A stretch of 64,000 bases of DNA from Patescibacteria group bacterium (lineage in GTDB: Bacteria > Patescibacteriota > Minisyncoccia > UBA6257 > JAAZHW01), in NCBI GenBank assembly GCA_026415775.1, contig JAOAGL010000001.1, positions 334,233 to 398,232 of the forward strand, read 5' to 3'. Under the pieces are notes generated by a model. It was given only the letters and a program-made list of their open reading frames with translations. It made no database searches and had not been told where the DNA came from. Positions 9,415 through 20,972 of this stretch are shown piece by piece (positions within the stretch are counted from its first letter, which is position 1; every line of letters starts with the position of its first letter). The position numbers were made by a program, and so were the translations under genes.

Positions 9415-10443
9415 ATGAAAAAGAATAAGAATAATAATCATCTAGAATATATTTCTCAATTAAGGCAAAATCCCATTTCAAAAGATTGGATTACAATTGC
9501 CTCAGTTCGCGCCAAAAGGCCAGAGCAATTAATTATTAAAAAACCAAAAAGAATTATTACGCCGAAAAGCAAGTGTCCTTTTGAAAATCCCCAAAAATCG
9601 GGACATAAACCGCCGGAATTAATTAAATTCTTGCCTAATAAAAAAGAATGGTTTTTACAAATTTTTGAAAATAAATACCCAGCGTTTCAACCAACAGATG
9701 TATCAGTTTCTGAACAGAAAATCGGTCCATATAAGTTTATCAATGGTTATGGTTATCATGAATTATTAGTTTTAAAAGACCACTACAAACCCTTGGCGGA
9801 TTATAACACAAAAGAAATTTTTATTATTTTAAAAGCTTTGCAAGAGCGATATTGTGAAATTGCACAAGATAGGAAAATAAAATATATATCTATTTTTCAC
9901 AATTGGGGTCCAACGGCTGGCGCTTCGGTATATCATCCGCACCTTCAAATTATTGCTATACCAGTTATACCTCCCCACATTCAACATTCATTGAGCGGAA
10001 GCCATCGTTATTGGATTAAGAATCGCCATTGTGCGCATTGTGAAATTAATAAATTTGAGATTCAGAATAAAACACGCATGCTTGTTCAAAATAAACACGC
10101 AATTAGTTTTAGTCCTTTTGTTTCGCTGGAACCATTTGCTTTAAGAATTATTCCCGTAAAACATTTGCCATATTTTGAAGAGACGTCCAATAAGATTTTG
10201 ATGGGCATAGCGGAAATTTTGCGGAAAAGCCTCCAAATACTAAAAAATAAATTAAACGATCCGGATTATAATTTATTTATTCATACTGCACCCACAATCG
10301 AAAAAAGAAAATATCATTGTTATCACTGGCATATTGAAATTATTCCAAAAATTAATATTTCAGCCGGCTTTGAATTATCAACTGGAATTGAAATCACCAC
10401 TGTTGATCCAGATGAAGGTGTGAGATATTTAAAAGAAAAATAA
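9415..10443 (+). CDS. Galactose-1-phosphate uridylyltransferase (GalT)-family / HIT-superfamily nucleotidyltransferase
   Basis: SVRAKRP motif near the N-terminus; GASVYHPHLQIIA corresponds to the GalT active-site HPH-Q motif. Confidence 0.65.
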   Translation: MKKNKNNNHLEYISQLRQNPISKDWITIASVRAKRPEQLIIKKPKRIITPKSKCPFENPQKSGHKPPELIKFLPNKKEWFLQIFENKYPAFQPTDVSVSEQKIGPYKFINGYGYHELLVLKDHYKPLADYNTKEIFIILKALQERYCEIAQDRKIKYISIFHNWGPTAGASVYHPHLQIIAIPVIPPHIQHSLSGSHRYWIKNRHCAHCEINKFEIQNKTRMLVQNKHAISFSPFVSLEPFALRIIPVKHLPYFEETSNKILMGIAEILRKSLQILKNKLNDPDYNLFIHTAPTIEKRKYHCYHWHIEIIPKINISAGFELSTGIEITTVDPDEGVRYLKEK

Positions 10444-10445
10444 TT

Positions 10446-11093
10446 ATGTTTAGTGAAATTTTATCAGCGGCAGCAGCATTTGTTTTAAGCGTTATCAAAA
10501 AAGGAGGATATGTTGGAGTTTTTGTTTTGATGGCTTTAGAGAGTTGCAATATTCCTATTCCTTCAGAAATAATTATGCCTTTTTCAGGATTTTTAGCGAC
10601 TCAGAAAATTTTTAATTTATTAATATTGGCTATTATTGGCGGCTTGGGCAATTTATTTGGTTCGCTTATTTCCTATGCGATAGCCTTTAAGTTAAAAGAT
10701 AATCTTAAGAAATTTTTTGTTAAATCAAGATTTTTTTATCATGATTATCTTTCAGCAGAAAGATTTTTTCTAAAACATGGGATAAAATCAATTTTTTGGG
10801 CTCGATTATTGCCTATTGTCAGAACTTTTATTTCCTTTCCAGCTGGAATTTTTAAAGTCCAAATTAAAAAATTTATTATTTATACTTTTATTGGCGCCTT
10901 CTTCTGGTCTTATTTTTTGGCTTATTTAGGTTATTATTTGGGCGAGCGCTGGGATGTTTTAGGACAATATTTTCATAAATTTGATTATTTAATTGTCGCT
11001 CTTTTTATTTTGGGTGTAATTTATTATATAATTAAGAAGATTAAAGAAATAAAAAAATATACAAAGTCGTCTAAAAATAATACACAGTTATGA
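10446..11093 (+). CDS. DedA/SNARE-associated (VTT domain) family membrane protein
   Basis: 215 aa multi-TM protein; GYVGVFVLMALESCNIPIPSE matches the DedA signature region. Confidence 0.75.
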   Translation: MFSEILSAAAAFVLSVIKKGGYVGVFVLMALESCNIPIPSEIIMPFSGFLATQKIFNLLILAIIGGLGNLFGSLISYAIAFKLKDNLKKFFVKSRFFYHDYLSAERFFLKHGIKSIFWARLLPIVRTFISFPAGIFKVQIKKFIIYTFIGAFFWSYFLAYLGYYLGERWDVLGQYFHKFDYLIVALFILGVIYYIIKKIKEIKKYTKSSKNNTQL

Positions 11094-12058
11094 AATATAA
11101 AGTTGTTGTAACGCGAAAAATTCCTGATGTGGGAATTTCGCTTTTAAAAAAGGCCGGTTTTGAAGTAGTAGTTAATCCGTATGATCGAGTTTTAAAACGC
11201 GAGGAATTAAAACGAATGTTAAAAGGAGCACATGGAATTCTTTCTCTTTTAACTGATAAAATTGATGGTGAAATTTTAGATGCTGCTGGCCCACAATTAA
11301 AAATTGTAGCTAATTATGCGGTTGGTTATGACAATTTTAATTTAGATGATTTTAAAGCGCGAAAAATTTATGCTACAAATACCCCCGGTGTTTTAACCGA
11401 AACTGTTGCCGAACATGCTATTGGCTTGCTTTTTGCTATTGCCCAGCGAATTGTTGAGGCAGATGAATTTGTTCGTCAGGGGAAATTTAAGGGCTGGGGG
11501 CCGATGTTATTTTTAGGAACGGATATTAGAAATAAAACATTAGGTATTGTTGGTTTGGGGCGGATTGGCGCAGAGGTTGCAAAAAGAATGCGCGATGGTT
11601 TCGGATTAACGATTATTTATTATGACGCAAAAAGAAATTTAGACTTGGAAAAAGAATTAAAAATAAAATATGTTCCATTTAAACAATTATTAAAGAAATC
11701 GGATTTTATTAGTATCCATGTTCCTCTTTTGCCAACAACACGACATATGTTTACTTTGAAAGAATTTAAGTTGATGAAGCCGACAGCTTATATTATTAAT
11801 ACAGCTCGCGGTGCTGTGATTAATGAAAAAGATTTAGTGATAGCTTTAAAGAAAAAAATGATTGCAGGAGCAGCATTAGATGTTTATGAATTTGAACCTA
11901 AAGTTACTCCAGAATTAATTAAATTACCAAATACTGTACTTTTGCCTCATATTGCTTCTGCAAGTATTGAAACAAGATCAAAAATGGCAGAGATGGCAGC
12001 AAAAAATATTATTGCAGTTTTGAAGGGCAAAAAACCGCTAAATCCTATTCTTAAGTAA
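11090..12058 (+). CDS. D-isomer-specific 2-hydroxyacid dehydrogenase (glyoxylate/hydroxypyruvate reductase-like)
   Basis: Rossmann motif GIVGLGRIGAEVAKR; catalytic-region signature ...INTARGAVI...; 322 aa. Confidence 0.8.
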   Translation: MKYKVVVTRKIPDVGISLLKKAGFEVVVNPYDRVLKREELKRMLKGAHGILSLLTDKIDGEILDAAGPQLKIVANYAVGYDNFNLDDFKARKIYATNTPGVLTETVAEHAIGLLFAIAQRIVEADEFVRQGKFKGWGPMLFLGTDIRNKTLGIVGLGRIGAEVAKRMRDGFGLTIIYYDAKRNLDLEKELKIKYVPFKQLLKKSDFISIHVPLLPTTRHMFTLKEFKLMKPTAYIINTARGAVINEKDLVIALKKKMIAGAALDVYEFEPKVTPELIKLPNTVLLPHIASASIETRSKMAEMAAKNIIAVLKGKKPLNPILK

Positions 12059-12156
12059 TTTATGTTATCCACAGAAAGTTTTTAAAAACAAAAGATTTTG
12101 ATTATAATAAAAATAAGCCTATAAAAGGTCGAGTAAAACAATAAATATTTAAAAAT

Positions 12157-12840
12157 ATGGTCGTTCAATCTTGGGCAGATATTTTAGTCGGTTCGTTCCA
12201 AACCTGGTGGAATGTTTTTGTTAACTTTTTGCCAAATTTTTTGGGTGCTTTAATTGTTTTTCTTATTGGTTTAATTATTGCCGCCGGTTTGGCTGCGTTA
12301 GTAGCTAAAATTATTGCCGCTATTAAATTAGATAAACTTCTTGAGAAGTTGGGTGTGGGCAAATTCTGCGAACGCGCTGGATGGACTTTGAATTCAGCGA
12401 AATTTTTAGGAGAAGTCATTCGCTGGTTCTTTATTTTGGTTTTCTTGTTGGCAGCAACTGATATCCTTAAGTTGCAAGCCATCAGCAGTTTCTTGAAAGA
12501 AGTTTTACTTTACTTGCCAAATATTATTATTGCCATTGTCATTATTTTGGCGGCAATTGTTGTTGGTGATTTCTTGGCTGGTTTAGTAAAAGGAACTGTA
12601 AAGGGTGCCAACTTATATGCTTCCAAATTCTTATCTTCTTTGACTCGTTGGGTAATTTTGATTTTCGGTTTTTTGACTGCTTTGATTCAGCTTGGAGTAG
12701 GTGTAGCAATTATTAATACCGTTATTACTGGTATTATTGCAATGCTTGCTATTGCTGGTGGTATTGCTTTTGGTTTGGGTGGAAAAGAATATGCTCAGCA
12801 TATAATTAATGAATTCCGAAATAAGGTAGAAGAAAAGTAA
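12157..12840 (+). CDS. Integral membrane protein with repeated conserved-TM-helix segments (MscS N-terminal-like)
   Basis: 227 aa, about 5 TM helices with repeated GxxL.F.L.AIV(V)GDFLAG-like segments. Family assignment is from memory of the TM_helix repeat. Confidence 0.45.
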   Translation: MVVQSWADILVGSFQTWWNVFVNFLPNFLGALIVFLIGLIIAAGLAALVAKIIAAIKLDKLLEKLGVGKFCERAGWTLNSAKFLGEVIRWFFILVFLLAATDILKLQAISSFLKEVLLYLPNIIIAIVIILAAIVVGDFLAGLVKGTVKGANLYASKFLSSLTRWVILIFGFLTALIQLGVGVAIINTVITGIIAMLAIAGGIAFGLGGKEYAQHIINEFRNKVEEK

Positions 12841-12851
12841 AATATTTAAAG

Positions 12852-12888
12852 AAAGCCCCGCCCTTAGATTTAAGGGCGGGGCTTTCTA
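12852..12888 (+). terminator. Rho-independent terminator
   Basis: AAAGCCCCGCCCTTA-gatt-TAAGGGCGGGGCTTT is a 15-bp perfect stem. Confidence 0.6.
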
Positions 12889-12901
12889 ATCAATATACAT
12901 C

Positions 12902-12930
12902 TTGACTTCAAAAAAATTATTTGTTAAAAT
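12902..12930 (+). promoter_or_regulatory. Candidate sigma70-type promoter for the rRNA locus (TTGACT-N17-TAAAAT)
   Basis: TTGACT at 12902-12907 and TAAAAT 17 nt downstream; followed by a structured leader and the 23S gene. Confidence 0.35.
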
Positions 12931-13175
12931 ATCCTCACAAATAAACAATGCGTACTATTCTTACACTATTTTTAAATATTCAAGGAAGCTAAATTGAAAA
13001 GGGGAAATTTTGTGCTAAAAAATCCGCTTCCTTGAATAGAGCGGATTTTTTAAAATAAAAAATAAATTATTGTTAACAATCGAGAGATAGACAAAAAATA
13101 AAAATTTGTTTAATCTCGGTTGTTAACAAAAACAACCGCGCACATTGAAAATTAAAAGGGTATAATGAAGCATTT

Positions 13176-16322
<3,147 letters not shown>

Positions 16323-16359
16323 AAAAATGCTTCATTAAAAATTCATTCTCAGCAAAGAC

Positions 16360-16477
16360 TTCTCGGTGATTTAGCCCATTGTGTACCACCTCTTCCCATT
16401 CCGAACAGAGAAGTGAAAGCAATGGGCGCCGATGGTACTCACCCGAACACGGTGGGAAGAGTAGGCTTCGCCGAGAA
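16360..16477 (+). rRNA. rrf: 5S ribosomal RNA
   Basis: CTTCTCGGTG...CCACCTCTTCCCATTCCGAACAGAGAAGTGAAAG...GCGCCGATGGTACT...CGCCGAGAA has conserved 5S loop motifs and terminal helix I. Confidence 0.85.
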
Positions 16478-16497
16478 ATCTTTGTTGAGAATAAAAA

Positions 16498-16524
16498 AGA
16501 GCCTGCTTAATCAGGCTCTTTTTG
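16498..16524. terminator. Bidirectional rho-independent terminator (rRNA operon end / 3' end of the convergent minus-strand gene)
   Basis: AGAGCCTG-cttaat-CAGGCTCT followed by TTTTT, with an A-run on the other side. Confidence 0.6.
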
Positions 16525-17157
16525 TTCATTAATTTTTTTGAGAAAGAATTCGTATAATAATTGTGGATCTTTACTAATAAAAGCTCCGAAATAATCTGCC
16601 TTTTCTGTATGACTAACAAAAAAAGGTTGAATCTGAAAATAATTGATAAGGTAAAAAAGTAATGCTCGATTTACACGGCAATTGCAATTATAAAAAGGAT
16701 TAATAAGACCAAAATGATAATGAAAACTACTGATAAACTCGATTTTAGTATCCAACGAAGAAATTTTTTTATTTTTACAACGAAACAATATCTGATGTTT
16801 ATTTAAAACCTTAATTAATTCGTCCATTTTTTTGGGAATAATTTCTGGAGAAACTCCACCCAATTCACCAATTAACACTTTCCCTTGACGATAATTACCA
16901 GCCCAACCCTCGTTTGTTTTGTTTAGCCAAATCTCGGATTCTTTAAAGATTAATTCATGTGTTTTTTTAATATCAAATTCAGTAAGTGGAATGTCTTTCT
17001 CATTGGTGCGTTTTTCAAGATAAAGAATCGCTCCTACATGCCCGTCTTTTTTATTTTGTTCAATTTCTGATTTGATCGTGTTATAACTGCAACATCGATT
17101 ATCAAGCAATTCAGATTCATAAATAAATTTTGCTAAAAAATCAACTCTATTTTTCAA
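16507..17157 (-). CDS. Fic-fold-like protein with degenerate active-site motif
   Basis: FHYHFGLINPFYNCNCRVNRALLFYLI aligns with the Fic core (L)HxxLxxIHPFx[DE]GNGRxxRLL, with H to N, D to N and both G to C. Confidence 0.4.
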   Translation of the reverse strand: MKNRVDFLAKFIYESELLDNRCCSYNTIKSEIEQNKKDGHVGAILYLEKRTNEKDIPLTEFDIKKTHELIFKESEIWLNKTNEGWAGNYRQGKVLIGELGGVSPEIIPKKMDELIKVLNKHQILFRCKNKKISSLDTKIEFISSFHYHFGLINPFYNCNCRVNRALLFYLINYFQIQPFFVSHTEKADYFGAFISKDPQLLYEFFLKKINEQKEPD

Positions 17158-17233
17158 TAAAACCTCCTTATTAAAAAATTAAAAAACCATTATTATTATA
17201 ACGCAAATAAAATTCAAATAAAATATTTTTAAT

Positions 17234-18214
17234 TTATACTTGTTTAATAATTTCAAAAACAATATAGATAATGTAAATCATTAAAAGAAAGATGGCTTCT
17301 TTTTTTGAAATTTTTCTTTCGCTTTGGACAAAAACAAAGAAAAAGATGGCAGCGCAAATCATAAAGAATCGCGCTAAAATCAAGGAACTAAAATCTATTA
17401 TATCAATCGGGCGTATCAGAGCGATAATTCCTAAAACTAAGGTGGCGGGGAAAATAACCGAACCCATTAAATTTCCCAATATCATCCAATTTTCTTCTTT
17501 TTTGGCAGTATTTATGGCAAAATAAATTTCCGGCAAGGCATTAGTTAAACCAGTAATAATTAGACCAAAGAATATTAAAGAAATTCCCAATTTTAAGGTT
17601 ATTTTTTGAGCCGAGAAAACAATTAATTGAGCAATAATAAAAATAGCGACAATTAAACCAATAATTTTTACGACATTTTTTATAAAAGCAGAAAACTGCT
17701 TTAGTGATTCGTCAATGCCAAAAGAATTCGCCTGTTTTAAATCATAGGTTTTTTGGAATCTTTCTTTTTTAGAAAAAAGCCAAACGAGATACAAAATGAA
17801 AGCCAAAATTAAAATCAATCCATCAATACGAGAAATTTGATAATCAGATGCTAATAAAATTGGTAGAAGAGCGGCAACTAAAACAAAAAAAGTTGTTGAT
17901 TGAACGGTTTTGCTATTAGTGCAAATTTCCCGGTTTTTAGAAAAAAGAATCCCCAATGCCACTGCTAATGTTAAAGCAATTAAATTATTGCCTATGATAT
18001 CTCCCAGAGAAAGCTCTGGGATGCCATTAATTGCTGAAGAAATGCCTAAAAATAAATTAGGTAAAGCCGAAGCAAAAGCTAATATAAAAAAAGCAACGAC
18101 AAATTCTTTTACTGCCAAAAAAGCCGAAATTTTTATTAAATTTTTTACTAATAACTCACAAGAAAGATATAAAGCAATTGCTGAAAATAAAAATAAAAAA
18201 ACAAAACCAATCAT
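17234..18214 (-). CDS. Ca2+/cation antiporter (CaCA family, YrbG-like)
   Basis: 326 aa, about 10 TM helices. Two alpha-repeat-like segments (GIPELSLGDIIGNNL and ALPEIYFAI...LGNLMGSVIF). Confidence 0.6.
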   Translation of the reverse strand: MIGFVFLFLFSAIALYLSCELLVKNLIKISAFLAVKEFVVAFFILAFASALPNLFLGISSAINGIPELSLGDIIGNNLIALTLAVALGILFSKNREICTNSKTVQSTTFFVLVAALLPILLASDYQISRIDGLILILAFILYLVWLFSKKERFQKTYDLKQANSFGIDESLKQFSAFIKNVVKIIGLIVAIFIIAQLIVFSAQKITLKLGISLIFFGLIITGLTNALPEIYFAINTAKKEENWMILGNLMGSVIFPATLVLGIIALIRPIDIIDFSSLILARFFMICAAIFFFVFVQSERKISKKEAIFLLMIYIIYIVFEIIKQV

Positions 18215-18245
18215 TAGAAATAGTATAACAATAATTTAATTGAAG

Positions 18246-18332
18246 CGGAAGGGGTGGGATTCGAACCCACGAGGCGCCTCATCAGCGCCAGAGTTTAGCA
18301 AACTCTTGCCTTAACCACTCGGCCACCCTTCC
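18246..18332 (-). tRNA. tRNA-Ser (anticodon GCU), long variable arm
   Basis: The reverse complement folds as a cloverleaf: acceptor GGAAGGG/CCCTTCC, anticodon loop TTGCTAA, long variable arm, T-loop GGTTCGAATCC, discriminator G. No encoded CCA. Confidence 0.85.
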
Positions 18333-18413
18333 TTAATTAATTTTTAACTTTTTTATTATAGCAAAAACTTACTTTTTTGCAAACAAAACATTTTTTATTA
18401 TATAATAAAATCA

Positions 18414-19049
18414 ATGCTTGAATATCATACTTTAGCGATTGTTGTCAAAAAAGAACTAATCAATGAAACCGACGCTAATGTTGTTTTGTATACAAAAGAA
18501 CTGGGTAAATTGGAAATCATAGCCAAAGGCGTTAAAAAACTTCTTTCTAAATTTGGTGGACACCTCGAACCGCTTAATTTAATTGAGGCAACGATTATCG
18601 CGGTTAATCATAAACATCTAACGAGCGTTTTAACACACAATAATTTTTTTCATATTCGAAAAAATTACACCAGATTAGAAAATGCTCTAAGAATGATGGC
18701 GATATTTAATGAGGCAATTGTTTCTTCAGAAAAAGACAATTTTCTTTGGGAAAACATTCTTAATTATTTAAACAAACTTAATCAAGCAGCCGTTTTTTCA
18801 GAAGAAAAAGAAAGCGCTTTTATTCAATTGTTAAATCTTGAATTTTTAATTAAATTGGGCAGGGGTTTAGGTTTATTGCCTGATAATCAAGAATTAAAGG
18901 AGCACTTTGATAATTCAACAGCTTCAATAATTGTTTTTTTAACTCAAAATCCCCCTGAAAAAATTATTAATCAATATGACATATCAAAATTGCAAAAAAT
19001 CGATTATAATAAAATAGAGAAGTCAATTAAACAAAAAATTATTATTTGA
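18414..19049 (+). CDS. recO: DNA repair protein RecO-like
   Basis: 211 aa; N-terminal OB-fold pattern ...AIVVKKELINETDANVVLYTKELGKLEIIAKGVKK... resembles RecO. Confidence 0.55.
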   Translation: MLEYHTLAIVVKKELINETDANVVLYTKELGKLEIIAKGVKKLLSKFGGHLEPLNLIEATIIAVNHKHLTSVLTHNNFFHIRKNYTRLENALRMMAIFNEAIVSSEKDNFLWENILNYLNKLNQAAVFSEEKESAFIQLLNLEFLIKLGRGLGLLPDNQELKEHFDNSTASIIVFLTQNPPEKIINQYDISKLQKIDYNKIEKSIKQKIII

Positions 19050-19050
19050 T

Positions 19051-20961
19051 ATGGCTCTAAAAGATATCGAGGAAAAACTTTATAAAATGAAAGAGGGGAG
19101 TCCGCTTGAAGAGGAAGAAACCCCATCTTTTAAAAAAGAAAAAATAGAAACAACAGAAATAATTTCCGAAAAACCCTCTTTCAAAATAGAAGTAAAACCC
19201 AAACGACCGCCTATTAATTTTTATCAAAAATCTGGTAAAAAAAACGCAATTTTTTATGTTGTGATTGGAATTCTTTTTGCGGCGTTATTGTTTGAAGGAT
19301 ATCTTTTGGCTCAAAAACTTTCTTCTCAAAAAACCGGAATTCAAATTAATATTAATAGCACCGATAATGTTTTATTAGGGCAGGTTTTTCCATTAGACGT
19401 TGTTTATAAAAATGATTCAGCAAATTTATTGCAGAATACTTCTCTCATTGTTGAACTGCCCAATAATATAAAAATTTTAGGATCAGAAAATAATGGGCAA
19501 ATTTTTAGAAAAGAATTAGGTGATTTGGGGACTGGAAGCAATAATGTTGAGCGTCTATATTTAGTGGCGATGGGAACGCCTAATCGCATTGATACTATTA
19601 AGGCTACATTGCAGTATAATATAGTTGGTTTTAGCGGTAGATTTGAAAAATCGAAAATCCAAACAATTACAATAGGAGGCCCTATTATAGATTACAATTT
19701 ATCCGTGCCGGAAAAAATTGTAAGCGGTGAAGAATTCACTATAAAAGTTAATTTTAAAAATAATTCTAATCAAACAATCCCGGAATTGCGACTCCAACTT
19801 TATTATCCCCTAGGTTTTAATTTTACTAATTCTGATATTGCTTCAGCGGAAGGAAATAATTTATGGATTTGGGGTAATTTGCAACCTTATCAAAGCGGAG
19901 AAATTAATATTAGGGGAATAATTATCGGCGAGGTGGGAAGCTATTATGAGATAGGAATGGATGCCAGTTTGATTTCCCAAAATCAACCAGTTGTTTTTGA
20001 TAAAAAAACTACTTCTTTAAGTATTTTAGAGGCGCCGTTGAATGTTGCAATTTATGTTAATAATAGCAGGGATTATATTGCGCGAAATGGCGAGTCTTTG
20101 GAATATCGCATTGATTACCAGAATAATACTGAAATTGCTTTAAGTGAAGTAATTATAAAAGCAGAGTTGGAGGGCGCTATGTTTAATTATCAGAGCATTG
20201 CGACTAATGGTTATTTTGATTCATTGAAAAAACAAATTATTTGGAATGCTGGTAATACACCGGGTTTGAAATTATTAGACAGAGGAAAAGGAGGATCAGT
20301 AACTTTTAAAGTTTTTACTACCTCAGATTATCCCGCCAGAAGTTTCAAGGATAAAGAACAAACACTTAAAGTAAAAGTTACAGTGGAGTCCCCATCTGTT
20401 CCGCCAAAAAGCAATTTAACTAGTACGACTGCTGTAGCACAAATAATAACTAAGATTTTGGGTCGAGTTGATTTTCAGTATTACGCTTTATTTAGAGATG
20501 CTGCCTCAGGAATTGTTAATAAAGGAAGTTTGCCGTTAAAAGTTGGTAAAACTACCAATTTTACTATTCACTGGAAAATTATTAATTATAATAATGATTT
20601 AAGTGAGGTAACTATCAAAACAATTCTACCGCAAGGTATAGCTTGGACAAATGTTATTGCTGGTAATTATGGCGATTTAAAACCTGAATATAATGAAAGA
20701 ACGGGCGAATTAGTTTGGCGCATAAAAGAAATTCCAGCTTTTTCAGGAGTTTTAATGCCGCCTTATGAATTAATTTTCCAAATTGCTGCTACACCATCTC
20801 TTAACCAAGTAGGTAGTTATATGGAATTGATTAAAGAAACAACTTTTACTGCCACGGATAAATTTACGGGTCAGTCAATAAATTTAAAAACTAATATTCT
20901 TACTTCCGAACTGCGTTCTGATCCTACGGTGAAATATGGAGAGGGCCAGGTACAATATTAA
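19051..20961 (+). CDS. Large membrane-anchored extracellular protein (single N-terminal TM, repeated beta-rich domains; DUF11/CARDB-like guess)
   Basis: 636 aa; TM helix at about residues 65-87; remainder N/T/S-rich with repeated units of about 100 aa; adjacent to a pilin-like gene. Confidence 0.5.
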   Translation: MALKDIEEKLYKMKEGSPLEEEETPSFKKEKIETTEIISEKPSFKIEVKPKRPPINFYQKSGKKNAIFYVVIGILFAALLFEGYLLAQKLSSQKTGIQININSTDNVLLGQVFPLDVVYKNDSANLLQNTSLIVELPNNIKILGSENNGQIFRKELGDLGTGSNNVERLYLVAMGTPNRIDTIKATLQYNIVGFSGRFEKSKIQTITIGGPIIDYNLSVPEKIVSGEEFTIKVNFKNNSNQTIPELRLQLYYPLGFNFTNSDIASAEGNNLWIWGNLQPYQSGEINIRGIIIGEVGSYYEIGMDASLISQNQPVVFDKKTTSLSILEAPLNVAIYVNNSRDYIARNGESLEYRIDYQNNTEIALSEVIIKAELEGAMFNYQSIATNGYFDSLKKQIIWNAGNTPGLKLLDRGKGGSVTFKVFTTSDYPARSFKDKEQTLKVKVTVESPSVPPKSNLTSTTAVAQIITKILGRVDFQYYALFRDAASGIVNKGSLPLKVGKTTNFTIHWKIINYNNDLSEVTIKTILPQGIAWTNVIAGNYGDLKPEYNERTGELVWRIKEIPAFSGVLMPPYELIFQIAATPSLNQVGSYMELIKETTFTATDKFTGQSINLKTNILTSELRSDPTVKYGEGQVQY

Positions 20962-20972
20962 AAGCTAATGTT

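Noticed and set aside
12165-12482. 105-aa minus-strand ORF
   Set aside because: It is antisense within the well-supported multi-TM membrane protein gene 12157-12840.
13145-13166. Second rRNA promoter (TTGAAA ... TATAAT at 13161-13166)
   Set aside because: The spacer between the -35-like and -10-like hexamers is only 10 bp. TATAAT abuts the 23S processing stem, so it is probably not a functional sigma70 promoter.
17292-18239. Plus-strand ORFs 17292-17525 and 17910-18239
   Set aside because: They are antisense to the CaCA antiporter gene. The second also runs into the tRNA-Ser gene.
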